DNA of 64,000 bases from Candidatus Gottesmanbacteria bacterium UBA6580 (GCA_002433895.1 DJJA01000004.1:24132-88131); one strand, 5' to 3'; shown: positions 46,473-58,500, counted from the stretch's first letter. Notes: generated by a model not told the origin, from the letters alone. Program-made: numbers and translations.

Positions 46473-47635
46473 AGATAGGAATGTATATATCACCGGCACA
46501 TACCGTTCCGCCGAATGAAAAAAATATACTGGCGCCATGGATATTGGCTGGGCAGCTTGCAGATGGGCTTGTGGGTAATCACCATGACGTTACACTTTTT
46601 GCCGCAAAGGGAAGTGCGACTCTGGCAACGCTTGTTCATGCTGGCATCAAAGCATCGGTTCTCTCCCGTGAGGAATTTGGGGATTTGGACGCATATAGGG
46701 CGTATGTCCTGGCACAGGAATTATCCCTGATGAGAGAGTGTATCCGGAAATCTAAATCTCGGGCAATTGACATACTGCATATTCATCATCCTATCGAAAA
46801 GTTATATCCCGCATTGCTGGCGATGCCTGCAGCCACACCTATTGTAATCACATTTCATGATCCCATCGCGCCGGAACGGTTTCCCGCTTTGGAGAAATTG
46901 CACGGGTTGGGTAATGTGCATTTCGTATCATTGTCTGCATCCCAACAAAATGGTGTGCCGTTTCCATTTGCGGGAGTTGTGCCAAACGGAGTGGATACAA
47001 CTCTGTTTCATCCCGATACCGATCTTCCGCTCCATGATCACCCGTTTATTATGACGGGAAGAATTGTGGAGCAAAAAGGCTTTCATGACGCCATACAGGC
47101 AGTGGGTAAGACCGGAAATAGACTATGCATTATTGGTCAATCGTATGATCATAATGACGCCGCAAAAACTTACTATGAGAAGCAAATTGTGCCCAATATC
47201 GATAATGCCCGTATCATGATGGAGCCTGTGGTGAAGCCGGGGCATTTAGTCGGGCATTATCAGGCGGCGAAGGCGTTACTTTTCCCAATACACTGGGAAG
47301 AGCCATTTGGTCTGGTGATGGTCGAGGCCATGGCGTGTGGAACGCCCGTCATTGCCTATAACCGCGGTAGTGTTTCTGAGATTGTAAAAGACGGAGTGAC
47401 AGGGTATATTGTTGACCCTCCGGAAACTGATGTACAGCAGGAGCAGCATCGCCAGATGCGCGGGTCATGGAAGATTAAAGCACCGGGTGTCGATGGGATT
47501 GTAGAGGCGATGAACCGCATAGGGGATATAAAGCGCGCAGCATGTAGAAAGCATGTCGAAGATCATTTTTCACTTTCCCGGATGGTTCAGGGGTATGAAG
47601 ATGTGTATAAAAAAATACGCAGTGCCACGAAATAA
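46469..47635 (+). CDS. Glycosyltransferase family 4 (paralogue C), start overlapping previous stop
   Basis: MKIGMYISPAHTVPPNEKN… and EPFGLVMVEAMACGTPVIAYNRGSVSEIV. 4-nt start/stop overlap with 45414..46472. Confidence 0.8.
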   Translation: MKIGMYISPAHTVPPNEKNILAPWILAGQLADGLVGNHHDVTLFAAKGSATLATLVHAGIKASVLSREEFGDLDAYRAYVLAQELSLMRECIRKSKSRAIDILHIHHPIEKLYPALLAMPAATPIVITFHDPIAPERFPALEKLHGLGNVHFVSLSASQQNGVPFPFAGVVPNGVDTTLFHPDTDLPLHDHPFIMTGRIVEQKGFHDAIQAVGKTGNRLCIIGQSYDHNDAAKTYYEKQIVPNIDNARIMMEPVVKPGHLVGHYQAAKALLFPIHWEEPFGLVMVEAMACGTPVIAYNRGSVSEIVKDGVTGYIVDPPETDVQQEQHRQMRGSWKIKAPGVDGIVEAMNRIGDIKRAACRKHVEDHFSLSRMVQGYEDVYKKIRSATK

Positions 47636-47709
47636 CTTCGGTATATTTGGTCATATTTTCTTTCTTTTTGTTCCCAACTCTCACGGGACACGTGCTATGA
47701 TGAAATGTA

Positions 47710-49140
47710 ATGAAGGTTTTGTTTGTCACAAGCGAGATTGCAACACTGTATAAAAAAGGTGGTCTTGCTGATGTGAGTTATGCCCTCCCTGTCGCTCTTT
47801 CCCAACGGGGGATTAATGTATCGGTAGCAATGCCGTTTTATGAAGCCATAAAGGTTCGTGATGTTTCGTGTGTTGGGCAGTTGGCCATTGATTATGACCG
47901 GCGGCGTGAATTAGTTTTTGTGTTTCGCACATTACTTCCTCATTCTCATGTGCGGGCGTATCTATTCCGGCATCCGTTGCTGAATGATTACGATGATGCA
48001 CATATAGCTGACCGGTTTGCCTTTTTTTCCAAGGCGGTAGCCCAGCTTTCGTTGTATTCAGAAAATGTCCTTGGAGGTCCGTATGACATTATTCATTGTA
48101 ATGATTGGCATACGGCACTTATTCCGTTGCTTATCGGGGAACAGAGCAAAGTGGGATATCGGGAACGGGAAACAATACAATCCAAAAGGGTCAAAACCAT
48201 CCTCACGGTTCATAATCTCCTTTATCAGGGGGAGGCGGGATTTTCTCTTACCCTCAAATTAGGTTTTCCAAAAACTATTTTTCACCCGTTTATGACACCG
48301 TTGGGCCGTGCTGTCCGGTTGTTGACGGAAGGGTTTGAATACGTAGATATTGTGACGACCGTGTCACCCACATACGCGAAGGAAATTACCCGTGGGGTTC
48401 ATGGAAAACGGATTGTTGAGATATTTAAGCGGCGCAAAGACACCATTGTAGGGATTTTAAACGGTTTAGACACCAAGCTTTGGGATCCGAGTAACGACCC
48501 GGCATTGCCAGTCCATTATTATCCGAATTCAGTGGCTCCTGCCAAAGCGAAAATTAAACAACAGTTGCAGCAGGCAGTACGGCTACCAAAGTCTGATGCG
48601 CCGCTGTTCGGTTTTGTGGGGCGTCTGGAGCCGCGGCAAAAAGGGCTTGATCTGATTGCCAGCGCTATTAAAAAATTGGCAACAGAAGATTATCAATTGG
48701 TGCTGCTGGGTACCGGGCAGAAAAGCCTGGTGACCCTGTTTGAGAAGCTCGCCCGTGACCATCACAATATCGCGTTTATCCATACATTTGATGAGCGCCT
48801 TGCCCGCCGGATTTATGCGGGAAGTGATATCATGTTAGTTCCATCAAAGTTTGAGCCTTGCGGATTAACACAGATGATCGCCATGCGCTATGGCACGCTT
48901 CCATTGGTACGAAAAACCGGCGGACTTGCTGATACCGTCAGTGACGGCAAGACAGGGTTTGTCTTCGGGCCATACACGAGTGCTGCCCTGCATGCCAAGA
49001 TGATAGAAGTGATATCGCTCTATCGGAACAATCCGAAGAAATTTTCATCGATGATGACCGCGGCAATGAAAGTTGATTTTTCGTGGGCGCACCAGGTGAA
49101 GGATTATATAAGACTTTACAAGTCACTTCTTGCGGGATAA
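47710..49140 (+). CDS. glgA: GT5 glycogen/starch-synthase-like alpha-glucan synthase
   Basis: MKVLFVTSEIATLYKKGGLADV is the KxGGL ADP-sugar motif. C-terminal VPSKFEPCGLTQMIAMRYGTLPLVRKTGGLADTV is the classic SRFEPCGL plus second GGL motif. Confidence 0.85.
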   Translation: MKVLFVTSEIATLYKKGGLADVSYALPVALSQRGINVSVAMPFYEAIKVRDVSCVGQLAIDYDRRRELVFVFRTLLPHSHVRAYLFRHPLLNDYDDAHIADRFAFFSKAVAQLSLYSENVLGGPYDIIHCNDWHTALIPLLIGEQSKVGYRERETIQSKRVKTILTVHNLLYQGEAGFSLTLKLGFPKTIFHPFMTPLGRAVRLLTEGFEYVDIVTTVSPTYAKEITRGVHGKRIVEIFKRRKDTIVGILNGLDTKLWDPSNDPALPVHYYPNSVAPAKAKIKQQLQQAVRLPKSDAPLFGFVGRLEPRQKGLDLIASAIKKLATEDYQLVLLGTGQKSLVTLFEKLARDHHNIAFIHTFDERLARRIYAGSDIMLVPSKFEPCGLTQMIAMRYGTLPLVRKTGGLADTVSDGKTGFVFGPYTSAALHAKMIEVISLYRNNPKKFSSMMTAAMKVDFSWAHQVKDYIRLYKSLLAG

Positions 49141-50552
49141 CTTTCGTCGTGCCTGGTTTTTACTAGTTTTTCATTGAGTTTTTACCAGTTCTTACAAGTG
49201 CTTGTAAGTTGATTTTGGATTGTATTGAAGCGAAAACTCATATGTTGCTTGGTTTTCACCGGGAGGGGATGTTCATGAGTATCGCGTAAGATTTTTACTT
49301 TTGCACAAGGGTATTTTTCTTGTTTTCATGTGACACTAATGTCATGAAGTTGAGTTTCTTAGGGTGGTTTATACATGTCTTCGGGGTATAGAGAACCGGT
49401 AGTATGTAACTTTTCGTGTATCTCGAGCGCTTCGGATCGTTTAGGCAAGTTGACGGTCAGTCATCAGTAATGCGGACGCAAGAACATGTTCGGCATTTTA
49501 AGGTTACGGGAATGTTTACCTATGGGGTAAAGGTTACGGATCACACACAAATTTTCTGGTTCTTAAGACGGTGTGTCTTAATCTGGCATGTACATCTCTG
49601 GTGGTTATTTAAAAGGGTACATTGTAAATGAGGTTTTGCAACAGTATTCAGGCGTTGGGGTTGCCTGACGTCGCCCTGATTGTGTCGTAGGTCGATGTTT
49701 GCATGCTGCGATTTTTTGACACATTATTACTTGGATTTTCTCGGGTTTTTTGGATGGTTTGGATACAGGTAAATCTTGGTGCATCAGGGGGGTGTTCAGT
49801 GAATAAATAGAGGTGTGATGCGTGTGCGGTTCGTTGGGAATATGGTATAGAGCGAACACAAGAACATTTGGTATGTGTAGGAGGTATTGTCCGGGTTCAC
49901 GGGCACTATTGGGTATTCAGGGCATCTCTAAATGGTGACTTACGAAGTACCGTGTCGGGTGACGGGTCGCACAGCCGGGCGCTTGGGGGTGTAGTAGGTG
50001 GTTGTGGATATTGGTAAGTTAACTCATTTGATGTTTGTGGCTCAGTTTCTTGCGTGTTTTCTAAGGCCTTTCCCGTAAGAGTGATTGTTTTCTGGAGTTA
50101 AAAGTTGTGCGGTAGTCACATAGTATGATTCGCACAGACGATACGTGAGTAGATTGGGGGTAATAGAAAACACGGGGAGACGTTTCCATTTCCGTCGGGT
50201 GAGATGCGATATGCATGTGTCCGGTTGTGACGTGATATTGCGTTTGTTTTTATGCCATGTATCGTGATCGCTTGTATGGCGTCGTATATCAGCGATCTAT
50301 GGTACGTGCAGGAAGGCATAATAAGGAGGTAATCGCACGGTATTGAGTACATTTGAAGATGAATCTGTACACAATTTTTGACTGAGTTTTTGTACGGAAA
50401 AAAATGCGAGAATATAGTGGGGTATCGCAGGATTGCTTCTCCAGTTGACAATAGGTCTAAATTAAGGCTAATCTGTATATAGGTTTTCACATATTTGTAA
50501 TAACAGGTAAAAAAAGTAGTAAAAACTTGTAAAGAGTAGTAATAATTTCGCA

Positions 50553-52544
50553 TTGGTACAGGCTAAAGGGTTTGGGAGCCTGCCTGACATGCCCAAAACA
50601 TACACCGTTAAAGAAGTCGCCGATATCTTAGGATTTAGCACCAATAGCATCTACGCGTTTCTCAAAGAAAAGCGGATTCGTGGTGTGCGTATCGGTAAGG
50701 GGAGATTTAGAATTCCGGAAGAAGAACTATCCCGCATACTGCATTTATCCAAAAAACCGGTTGGCGTGCCTGTGGCGGCAGCCCCAGTTGCGAGTGCCGA
50801 GGCCTCTGCAACTTCAGTCATAGGCTCGTCTGTTGATGCGTTGTCACCAACCGGTGACGCGGTGTTTATAGAACCGAAGTATTCGGACGCCGGTAAGATG
50901 CGGGGAGATTTGCTTGCCCCGAATATATTTGATTGGTTTATCGGCTTAGGCGCATTGGTTGCTGGGGTGGCGCTGTTTCTGTTTAATACAACCTTTACTG
51001 CTGAAGAATTTCCGCGGATGACACTCATGTATCCGGTTATCCGGATTGTACTTATCGCATGTGGTTTTGGTGTGATCATGAGTTGTGTATTTCCCAAGGC
51101 TGGTGGTTGGCGGCGGGTATTCCATCTCACACTTTCTGTATTGGGGTTTATTAACGCGTTTGGGTTAATAAAAAGCGGGGATATCGAAGGGGGCGCATTG
51201 TATGGGGCTATGGCAGTGATGATTTTACTTGAGAATTTTGTGCGATTTGGCGGCATTGTTGCAATTGGCTTGTATGTATCTTTGATTGCGATTCTCGTGC
51301 CCGCAGTGATATTGTTTTTCCCCATAGATTCCCATGTGAGTGCGCTCTCTGCGGTGACAGGCGTGCCGGCACTTATCATCGGAATTGTTTCGCTTGTTGT
51401 CTCGATAGCACTCTTGATACTGTTTTGGCTGGGTTACGCAGGAAATAGGAAGCTTTTCTTGTTGGCTGCATGGCTACTATCCATTGGTGATGTCGCCGTT
51501 GCACTCTGGTATGCACATCTCCAGTACTGGAGCAGATCATTTTTTATCCTTGTAGTGGGAATGTTCACCGCGCTTTTACCGTACTGGTGGCCGTTACAGC
51601 AGCAATTGGCACGCCGCTACAAGCTTTTGCTCCACGGATTGTTTGTTGTCATTAGTGCTGTGTTTGTACTCGCCGTGCTGGTAGTGTATTTATTGCAGCA
51701 AAGTATATGGGCTGTCCGTGAACGTGAGGCGATGAATAAACTGCACGTCGCGCATACAAGGCTCACGAACGCAACCTCATCTATTCAGGGCTCTCTGGAG
51801 GTTGCATCGAGCAACATTGACTTCGTCAAGTCGATGAGTAAGCCTGATATAGCGACACTCAATAAATATAGCAAGATTATTTACGAAAGTAATCCGAATA
51901 TCCGCCGGCTCGTTTTCTTGGATGAGTATGGGCAGGGTATTGCGCTGTACCCGTATGGCACGTTTGATGAACCGAATTTTTCGTACCGTGATTATTTTCA
52001 ACAAACCAAGAATACCGGAAAATCATATATATCCGATGTATTTCAGGCAAAGTCCGATCAGTCGGGCAGATTTGTGGTGGTCATTGCGACCCCACTCCTT
52101 GATGCTGGTGCATTTACCGGAGTGGTGACCGCATCGATGGATTTGGAGCGTATTGGCTTTTTGCTCAGCCAGGTTGCCGCTGGCGGGCAAGGGGAATATT
52201 TCGTTGTCGTGGACGCCCGAGGGGTCATTCTTAGTCATCCGAACGAGAAGCTTATCGGTTCTGTAGTGCCATCATCAGATCCGTTGCACCGGGCGCTGAA
52301 GGGTGAAGAGGGCATAGTAAAAGGCATGATGATTGAGGGTATGCTTGGCATGATGGGGTATGTCTATATTCCGGAGCTTCGGTGGGCGATTAGCTTACGC
52401 GCTCCTGCCGCAAAAATAGTTGGATTGTCTTCTGAGGAAATATGGATTGTCTTCGGGGTGGTATGTGTACTTATTGGCGCAGGGATAACTGTCATTTCTT
52501 ATATAAGGAGCAGGGCGTATGCAGGTAAAGAGGGGGGTCCCTGA
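50553..52544 (+). CDS. Membrane sensor with N-terminal excisionase/MerR-type HTH, multi-TM region and periplasmic Cache-like domain
   Basis: [43 protein letters not shown] is an excisionase-family HTH. At least 8 hydrophobic helices follow. After them lies a Cache-like extracytoplasmic region (…[39 protein letters not shown]…) and a final TM. The stop overlaps the start of the next gene (TGATG). Confidence 0.65.
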   Translation: MVQAKGFGSLPDMPKTYTVKEVADILGFSTNSIYAFLKEKRIRGVRIGKGRFRIPEEELSRILHLSKKPVGVPVAAAPVASAEASATSVIGSSVDALSPTGDAVFIEPKYSDAGKMRGDLLAPNIFDWFIGLGALVAGVALFLFNTTFTAEEFPRMTLMYPVIRIVLIACGFGVIMSCVFPKAGGWRRVFHLTLSVLGFINAFGLIKSGDIEGGALYGAMAVMILLENFVRFGGIVAIGLYVSLIAILVPAVILFFPIDSHVSALSAVTGVPALIIGIVSLVVSIALLILFWLGYAGNRKLFLLAAWLLSIGDVAVALWYAHLQYWSRSFFILVVGMFTALLPYWWPLQQQLARRYKLLLHGLFVVISAVFVLAVLVVYLLQQSIWAVREREAMNKLHVAHTRLTNATSSIQGSLEVASSNIDFVKSMSKPDIATLNKYSKIIYESNPNIRRLVFLDEYGQGIALYPYGTFDEPNFSYRDYFQQTKNTGKSYISDVFQAKSDQSGRFVVVIATPLLDAGAFTGVVTASMDLERIGFLLSQVAAGGQGEYFVVVDARGVILSHPNEKLIGSVVPSSDPLHRALKGEEGIVKGMMIEGMLGMMGYVYIPELRWAISLRAPAAKIVGLSSEEIWIVFGVVCVLIGAGITVISYIRSRAYAGKEGGP

Positions 52545-55500
52545 TGAGCCGTAATGTCTATTATAAAATTGACCGGTCGAAATCCGCAGCAGGCGGATTT
52601 CTCGCTGATAAGGAGTCACCGCAATCACGGGTATCCGGAGGGTTTCATTCTTTGACGCTATTGTTTCCGTTGGTTTTTGTCTTTATTGTCGGAAGCGTGT
52701 TTGTGGGTGCAGCGCAAATCATCCGGCATGATGATGCGGAGAAGTCTCAAGCGGATCGTACTACTGATGTGCCTGTTATTTCCCGGCTAACGGAAAAAGT
52801 GCTCGCTGAAAGTAGCTGGAAAGATCCTTACATAGTGCTGGTTCAACGGGCAGACGCATCCATAGCATATGCCTATATTGAGCAGGCAACCGTTAAAAAT
52901 GGCGCATTTGTGGGTGATGTCACGATACGGTATGCAAATAATGAGCACGGAATAGTGCGGGACGAAAACGGCACATTTAACTTCTTTTTGACAAAACTGG
53001 GAAGTCAGGAACCGGTACAAATTTTAGTACCGGTCACTATGGGGATTAAGTTGTCGGATGGGGCTATCTTGCCAGCGCAGTTGTCTGACGCGACGATCAT
53101 AAATGAGCAGCTCGTTGGGCAGTTTGTTGCTACAACAATTCTCGATAGGGTGCAGATTGCAGGGAACATATCTGCACAAAAGCAGTTTCTTTCGTTGGCT
53201 ATCGAACCGACATTAAAGTCTGTTGATGCGGGATTAGTCATGGTTCAACGTGAGGTTTTGAAACTCGCACTTGCTGGGGTTGGGGAAACAGGGGGTGTCT
53301 TGGGGGTAACTACCGACAGTATGAATAAAGGAGATACAGGTGTTCGGCTCCTTGCCTCAAATTTGGGAAGTAATCTCACGATACAGAGCTTCAGTGGTGA
53401 AGGAGTGATACGTATCGTATCAACAATAAACAATATAGATCAAAATATAACAAACATACAAAATCTAAATCCATCATTTGATAGCACTCCTGACAATCAA
53501 TCATCACAGCTCGCGTCGCAGCAGTTTTTATCACAGGGATTTTATCCTTCTTCATTAATAAGGGGTACTGGGATCGAGGGAAGTACGGGAGCCACGGGGG
53601 CTACCGGTGCGAGAGGTGACTCCGGGGCAGCCGGATCGCAGGGTGCTGACGGTAAAGATGGCGCTACGGGTGCAACAGGCGTTGGCGAATTAGGTCCTAT
53701 CGGTCCTACCGGAGCAACAGGATCCGGTGGTGGAGGAGGCGGTGGAGGTGCCGACGGACCGACGGGAACTACGGGAGCAACAGGAACTCAAGGTGCCAGT
53801 GGCCCGACGGGCGCAACGGGCAGTACCGGAGCGACAGGGCAGTATGGCCCGACGGGCGCAACGGGCAGTACCGGCGGTATCGGTCCTACTGGTGCAACCG
53901 GAGCCACCGGAATACAAGGATCATCAGGCCCAACAGGAGCAACGGGAGGATCAGGAAGTGCCGGGGTTTCCGGCCCCACCGGGTCTACGGGTGCAACTGG
54001 TACACAAGGAGCAAGTGGTCCGACGGGAAGTACCGGTGCTACTGGATTACAAGGTAGCTCCGGTCCGACGGGAGCCACCGGTGCAACCGGTGTTGGTGGT
54101 CCTACCGGAGCAACCGGTGCCACGGGAATACAAGGTGCTTCGGGTCCGACCGGAAGTACGGGAGCAACGGGAGCTAACGGTGTATCTGGTCCCACAGGGG
54201 CAACAGGAGCAACGGGTACAAATGGTGTTCAGGGTTCCTCCGGTCCGACGGGAGCCACCGGCGCAACAGGAAATCAAGGAACGCAAGGTGCTTCTGGACC
54301 TACGGGAGCAACAGGAGCAACAGGATATCAAGGTGACAGTGGCCCGACGGGCGCAACGGGCAGTACCGGGGCTATTGGATCAAGCGGCCCCACCGGTTCA
54401 ACAGGTGCAACTGGCACACAAGGAGCAAGTGGTCCTACCGGATCTACGGGATCGACCGGAGCCGCGGGTTCACAAGGCTCTTCCGGCCCCACCGGGTCTA
54501 CGGGTGCAACCGGATCTGCGGGTGCAAGCGGTCCTACCGGGAGCACGGGAGCAACAGGAACTCAAGGTGCCAGTGGCCCGGCCGGTAGTACCGGAGCGAC
54601 AGGGAATGTTGGGTCATCCGGTCCGACGGGTAGCACTGGTGCGACTGGTTTAAGTGGCAGTTCCGGTCCAACAGGGAGCACGGGAGCAACAGGAAATAAC
54701 GGGAGTGATGGACCGACCGGTGCGACCGGTCCCACCGGATCGCAGGGAGGAGCCGCGGGAGCGACCGGGCCTACTGGTGCTACGGGATCCACTGGAATAC
54801 AAGGGTCATCCGGTCCGACGGGGAGCACAGGAGCCACCGGCACCGTTGGATCATCCGGTCCCACCGGTTCAACAGGTGCAACTGGATCACAAGGCGCATC
54901 AGGTCCTACTGGATCTACGGGATCAACCGGTGGCATCGGCGCATCAGGCCCCACCGGTTCAACAGGTGCAACCGGAGAAGTTGGTACATCTGGTCCAACG
55001 GGGAGTACAGGATCCACCGGAACTGCAGGAGCCTCTGGTCCTACCGGAAGCACTGGTGCAACAGGAGAAGTTGGTACATCTGGTCCAACGGGGAGTACAG
55101 GATCCACCGGAACTGCAGGAGCCTCTGGTCCTACCGGAAGTACCGGAGCCACTGGTAACGTTGGTTCTTTCGGTCCTACTGGCTCAACAGGTGCAACCGG
55201 AGCAAATGGCGCAAGTGGTCCGACGGGAGCTACCGGTTCTACAGGGACACAAGGTTCACAAGGTGTCTCCGGTCCAACCGGAAGTACCGGAGCCACCGGC
55301 GCCGTTGGATCTTCAGGTCCGACTGGTTCAACAGGATCAACAGGAAGTGTGGGAAGTTCAGGTCCGACGGGATCTACAGGAGCTACAGGTTCTGCGGGAG
55401 CATCAGGTCCAACCGGAAGTACTGGTGCAACTGGAGCAGCAGGTGCGAGTGGTCCAACAGGTTCCACTGGTGGGACTGGTTCAGCTGGTGCGTCAGGTCC

Positions 55501-58500
55501 GACGGGAAGCACAGGATCTACTGGGAGCGTTGGTGCAGCGGGACCAACAGGATCGACGGGTTCCACCGGAGCACAAGGTGAACAAGGCGCATCAGGTCCA
55601 ACAGGAAGTACGGGTGCTACCGGCGCCGTCGGATCTTCAGGTCCGACTGGCGCAACAGGGTCAACAGGAAGTGTGGGAAGTTCAGGGCCTACTGGTTCCA
55701 CCGGCGCAACCGGCGCTGCAGGAGCGAGTGGACCCACCGGTTCAACCGGAGCCACCGGAACTGCGGGAGTCTCTGGTCCCACGGGAAGTACTGGAGCAAC
55801 CGGAGCAAATGGTTCATCAGGTCCAACGGGTGCGACAGGATCGACAGGAAGTGCTGGAGAAAATGGTCCCACAGGATCTACCGGTGCTACGGGTGCAAAT
55901 GGATCATCCGGTCCTACCGGCTCCACGGGGTCAACCGGAACAAATGGTGCAAGTGGACCGACGGGAGCTACCGGAGCAACGGGGTCCGCCGGAACACAAG
56001 GAGCATCGGGTCCGACAGGGAGTACGGGGTCAACCGGTACGCAAGGATCATCAGGCCCCACGGGAGCAACGGGAGCCACTGGAACACAAGGATCTTCCGG
56101 TCCTACTGGTTCAACAGGCGCAACTGGAGGAATAGGTGCATCCGGACCGACCGGGGCTACAGGGTCAACAGGAAGTGTGGGAAGTTCTGGTCCTACGGGA
56201 AGTACTGGAGCAACAGGAGGAGTTGGTGCATCAGGCCCAACCGGAGCAACCGGATCCACCGGTGCTCAGGGAAATGCAGGTGTTGATGGCCCGACTGGGT
56301 CTACCGGTGCCACTGGTACGCAAGGAAGTTCAGGGCCTACTGGATCCACCGGAGCTACCGGAAGTATCGGTGTGAGTGGTCCAACAGGTTCCACAGGTGC
56401 GACTGGTACAGCCGGCGCATCCGGTCCCACAGGAAGTACGGGAGCTACCGGAAGTACCGGAGAAAATGGTCCGACCGGAACAACTGGAGCAACTGGCGCA
56501 AATGGTCCAACAGGAAGTACCGGCGCAACGGGTAGTGCAGGAGCTTCCGGCCCCACCGGGTCTACGGGTGCAACCGGAGGAGTTGGTGCCTCCGGTCCCA
56601 CTGGTTCCACGGGAGCAACAGGAGGAGTTGGAGCAAGTGGACCCACAGGTAGTACCGGTGCCACCGGAGCAAATGGTCCAACGGGTAGTACAGGAGCCAC
56701 TGGTAACGTTGGTTCTTCCGGTCCTACTGGCTCAACAGGTGCAACCGGATCGCAAGGCGCTTCAGGTCCTACTGGATCAACTGGAGGAATCGGAAGTTCC
56801 GGTCCAACTGGGTCCACCGGTGCGACTGGCTCTGCAGGTGAACAAGGAGCTAGTGGACCCACAGGGTCAACAGGCACAACTGGCGCAAATGGTCCCACTG
56901 GTTCCACGGGAGCAACTGGTACACAGGGTGCAAGCGGACCGACAGGGAGTACGGGGTCAACCGGTACGCAAGGATCATCAGGCCCCACGGGAGCAACGGG
57001 AGCCACTGGAACACAAGGATCTTCCGGTCCTACCGGAAGTACCGGTGCCACTGGTACGCAAGGAAGTTCAGGGCCTACGGGAAGTACCGGAGCTACTGGT
57101 AATGTTGGCTCTTTCGGACCAACGGGTTCTACCGGAGCAACTGGCGGAGTTGGTGCAAGTGGACCGACAGGGGCTACCGGGTCTACAGGAAGTGCTGGAG
57201 AAAATGGTCCCACAGGAACGACGGGAGCCACTGGTGCAAATGGCCCGACCGGAAGTACGGGAGCAACTGGTACACAGGGTGCAAGCGGACCGACAGGCAG
57301 TACAGGAGCAACGGGTGTAGCTGGCGCCTCCGGACCGACGGGTTCTACCGGAGCAACTGGATCGCAAGGCGCATCCGGACCGACCGGGGCTACAGGGTCA
57401 ACAGGAAGTGTGGGAAGTTCTGGTCCTACGGGAAGTACTGGAGCAACAGGAGGAGTTGGTGCATCAGGCCCAACCGGAGCAACCGGAGCAACGGGGTCTG
57501 CTGGTGCAAGTGGCCCAACAGGAGCAACAGGAGCTACTGGTTCACAAGGAAATGCCGGACTTGATGGCGCTGATGGTCCCACCGGTTCTACCGGTGCCAC
57601 TGGCGGCATTGGTGCAAGCGGACCGACAGGTGCTACCGGATCAACAGGAACTGCAGGAGAACAAGGAGCTTCCGGACCAACGGGTTCTACCGGTGCAACC
57701 GGATCAATTGGTTCTTCAGGTCCTACCGGTTCTACTGGTGCCACTGGAGGAGTTGGAGCAAGTGGACCCACAGGTAGTACGGGAGCTACTGGTTCTGCAG
57801 GGGAACAAGGTGCTTCCGGTCCAACGGGATCTACTGGGGCAACTGGGTCACAAGGTGCCAGTGGTCCTACTGGTGCGACTGGAGCCACGGGTGGAATTGG
57901 TGCGTCAGGTCCAACGGGCGCGACCGGCGCAACGGGTAGCGCAGGAGCTTCCGGCCCCACCGGGTCTACGGGTGCAACCGGAGGAATTGGCGCCTCCGGA
58001 CCGACGGGATCTACCGGAGCAACGGGTGTAGCTGGCGCCTCCGGACCGACGGGAGCAACGGGAGCTACAGGAAATCAAGGATCCGCGGGAGCCTCTGGTC
58101 CTACCGGAAGTACCGGAGCCACGGGAGCAAATGGTGCGTCAGGTCCTACCGGTTCAACAGGATCGACCGGAGCAAATGGTGCGTCAGGTCCTACCGGAAA
58201 CACCGGTGCAACTGGTGCTGCCGGAGCGGGTGGCCCCACCGGTTCGACCGGAGCGACGGGAACACAAGGATCCGCGGGATCCTCTGGTCCTACCGGAAGT
58301 ACGGGGGCAACCGGAACTCAAGGATCCAGCGGTCCGACGGGGTCAACTGGAGCAACCGGTGTAGCGGGTGTTACCGGTCCAACGGGTTCTACCGGTGCTA
58401 CCGGTGCTGCCGGAGCAAATGGCCCTACAGGGGCGACCGGAACGACTGGTGTACAAGGTCCTACCGGTCCTGCGGGTCCGGGCGGTGAAACATTTATATT

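Noticed and set aside
53727-57960. Long ORFs in alternative frames and on the minus strand inside the collagen-repeat region (53727-54653, 54654-56135, 56376-57320 plus-strand; 54562-56259, 56266-57960 minus-strand; and smaller ones), translating to PVGP/PVAP or QE-rich low complexity
   Set aside because: They are a by-product of the (GGN-NNN-NNN)n nucleotide periodicity of the in-frame collagen gene. Each lies entirely within the repeat, has extreme low complexity and no start context. The single 8.6-kb frame explains the region.
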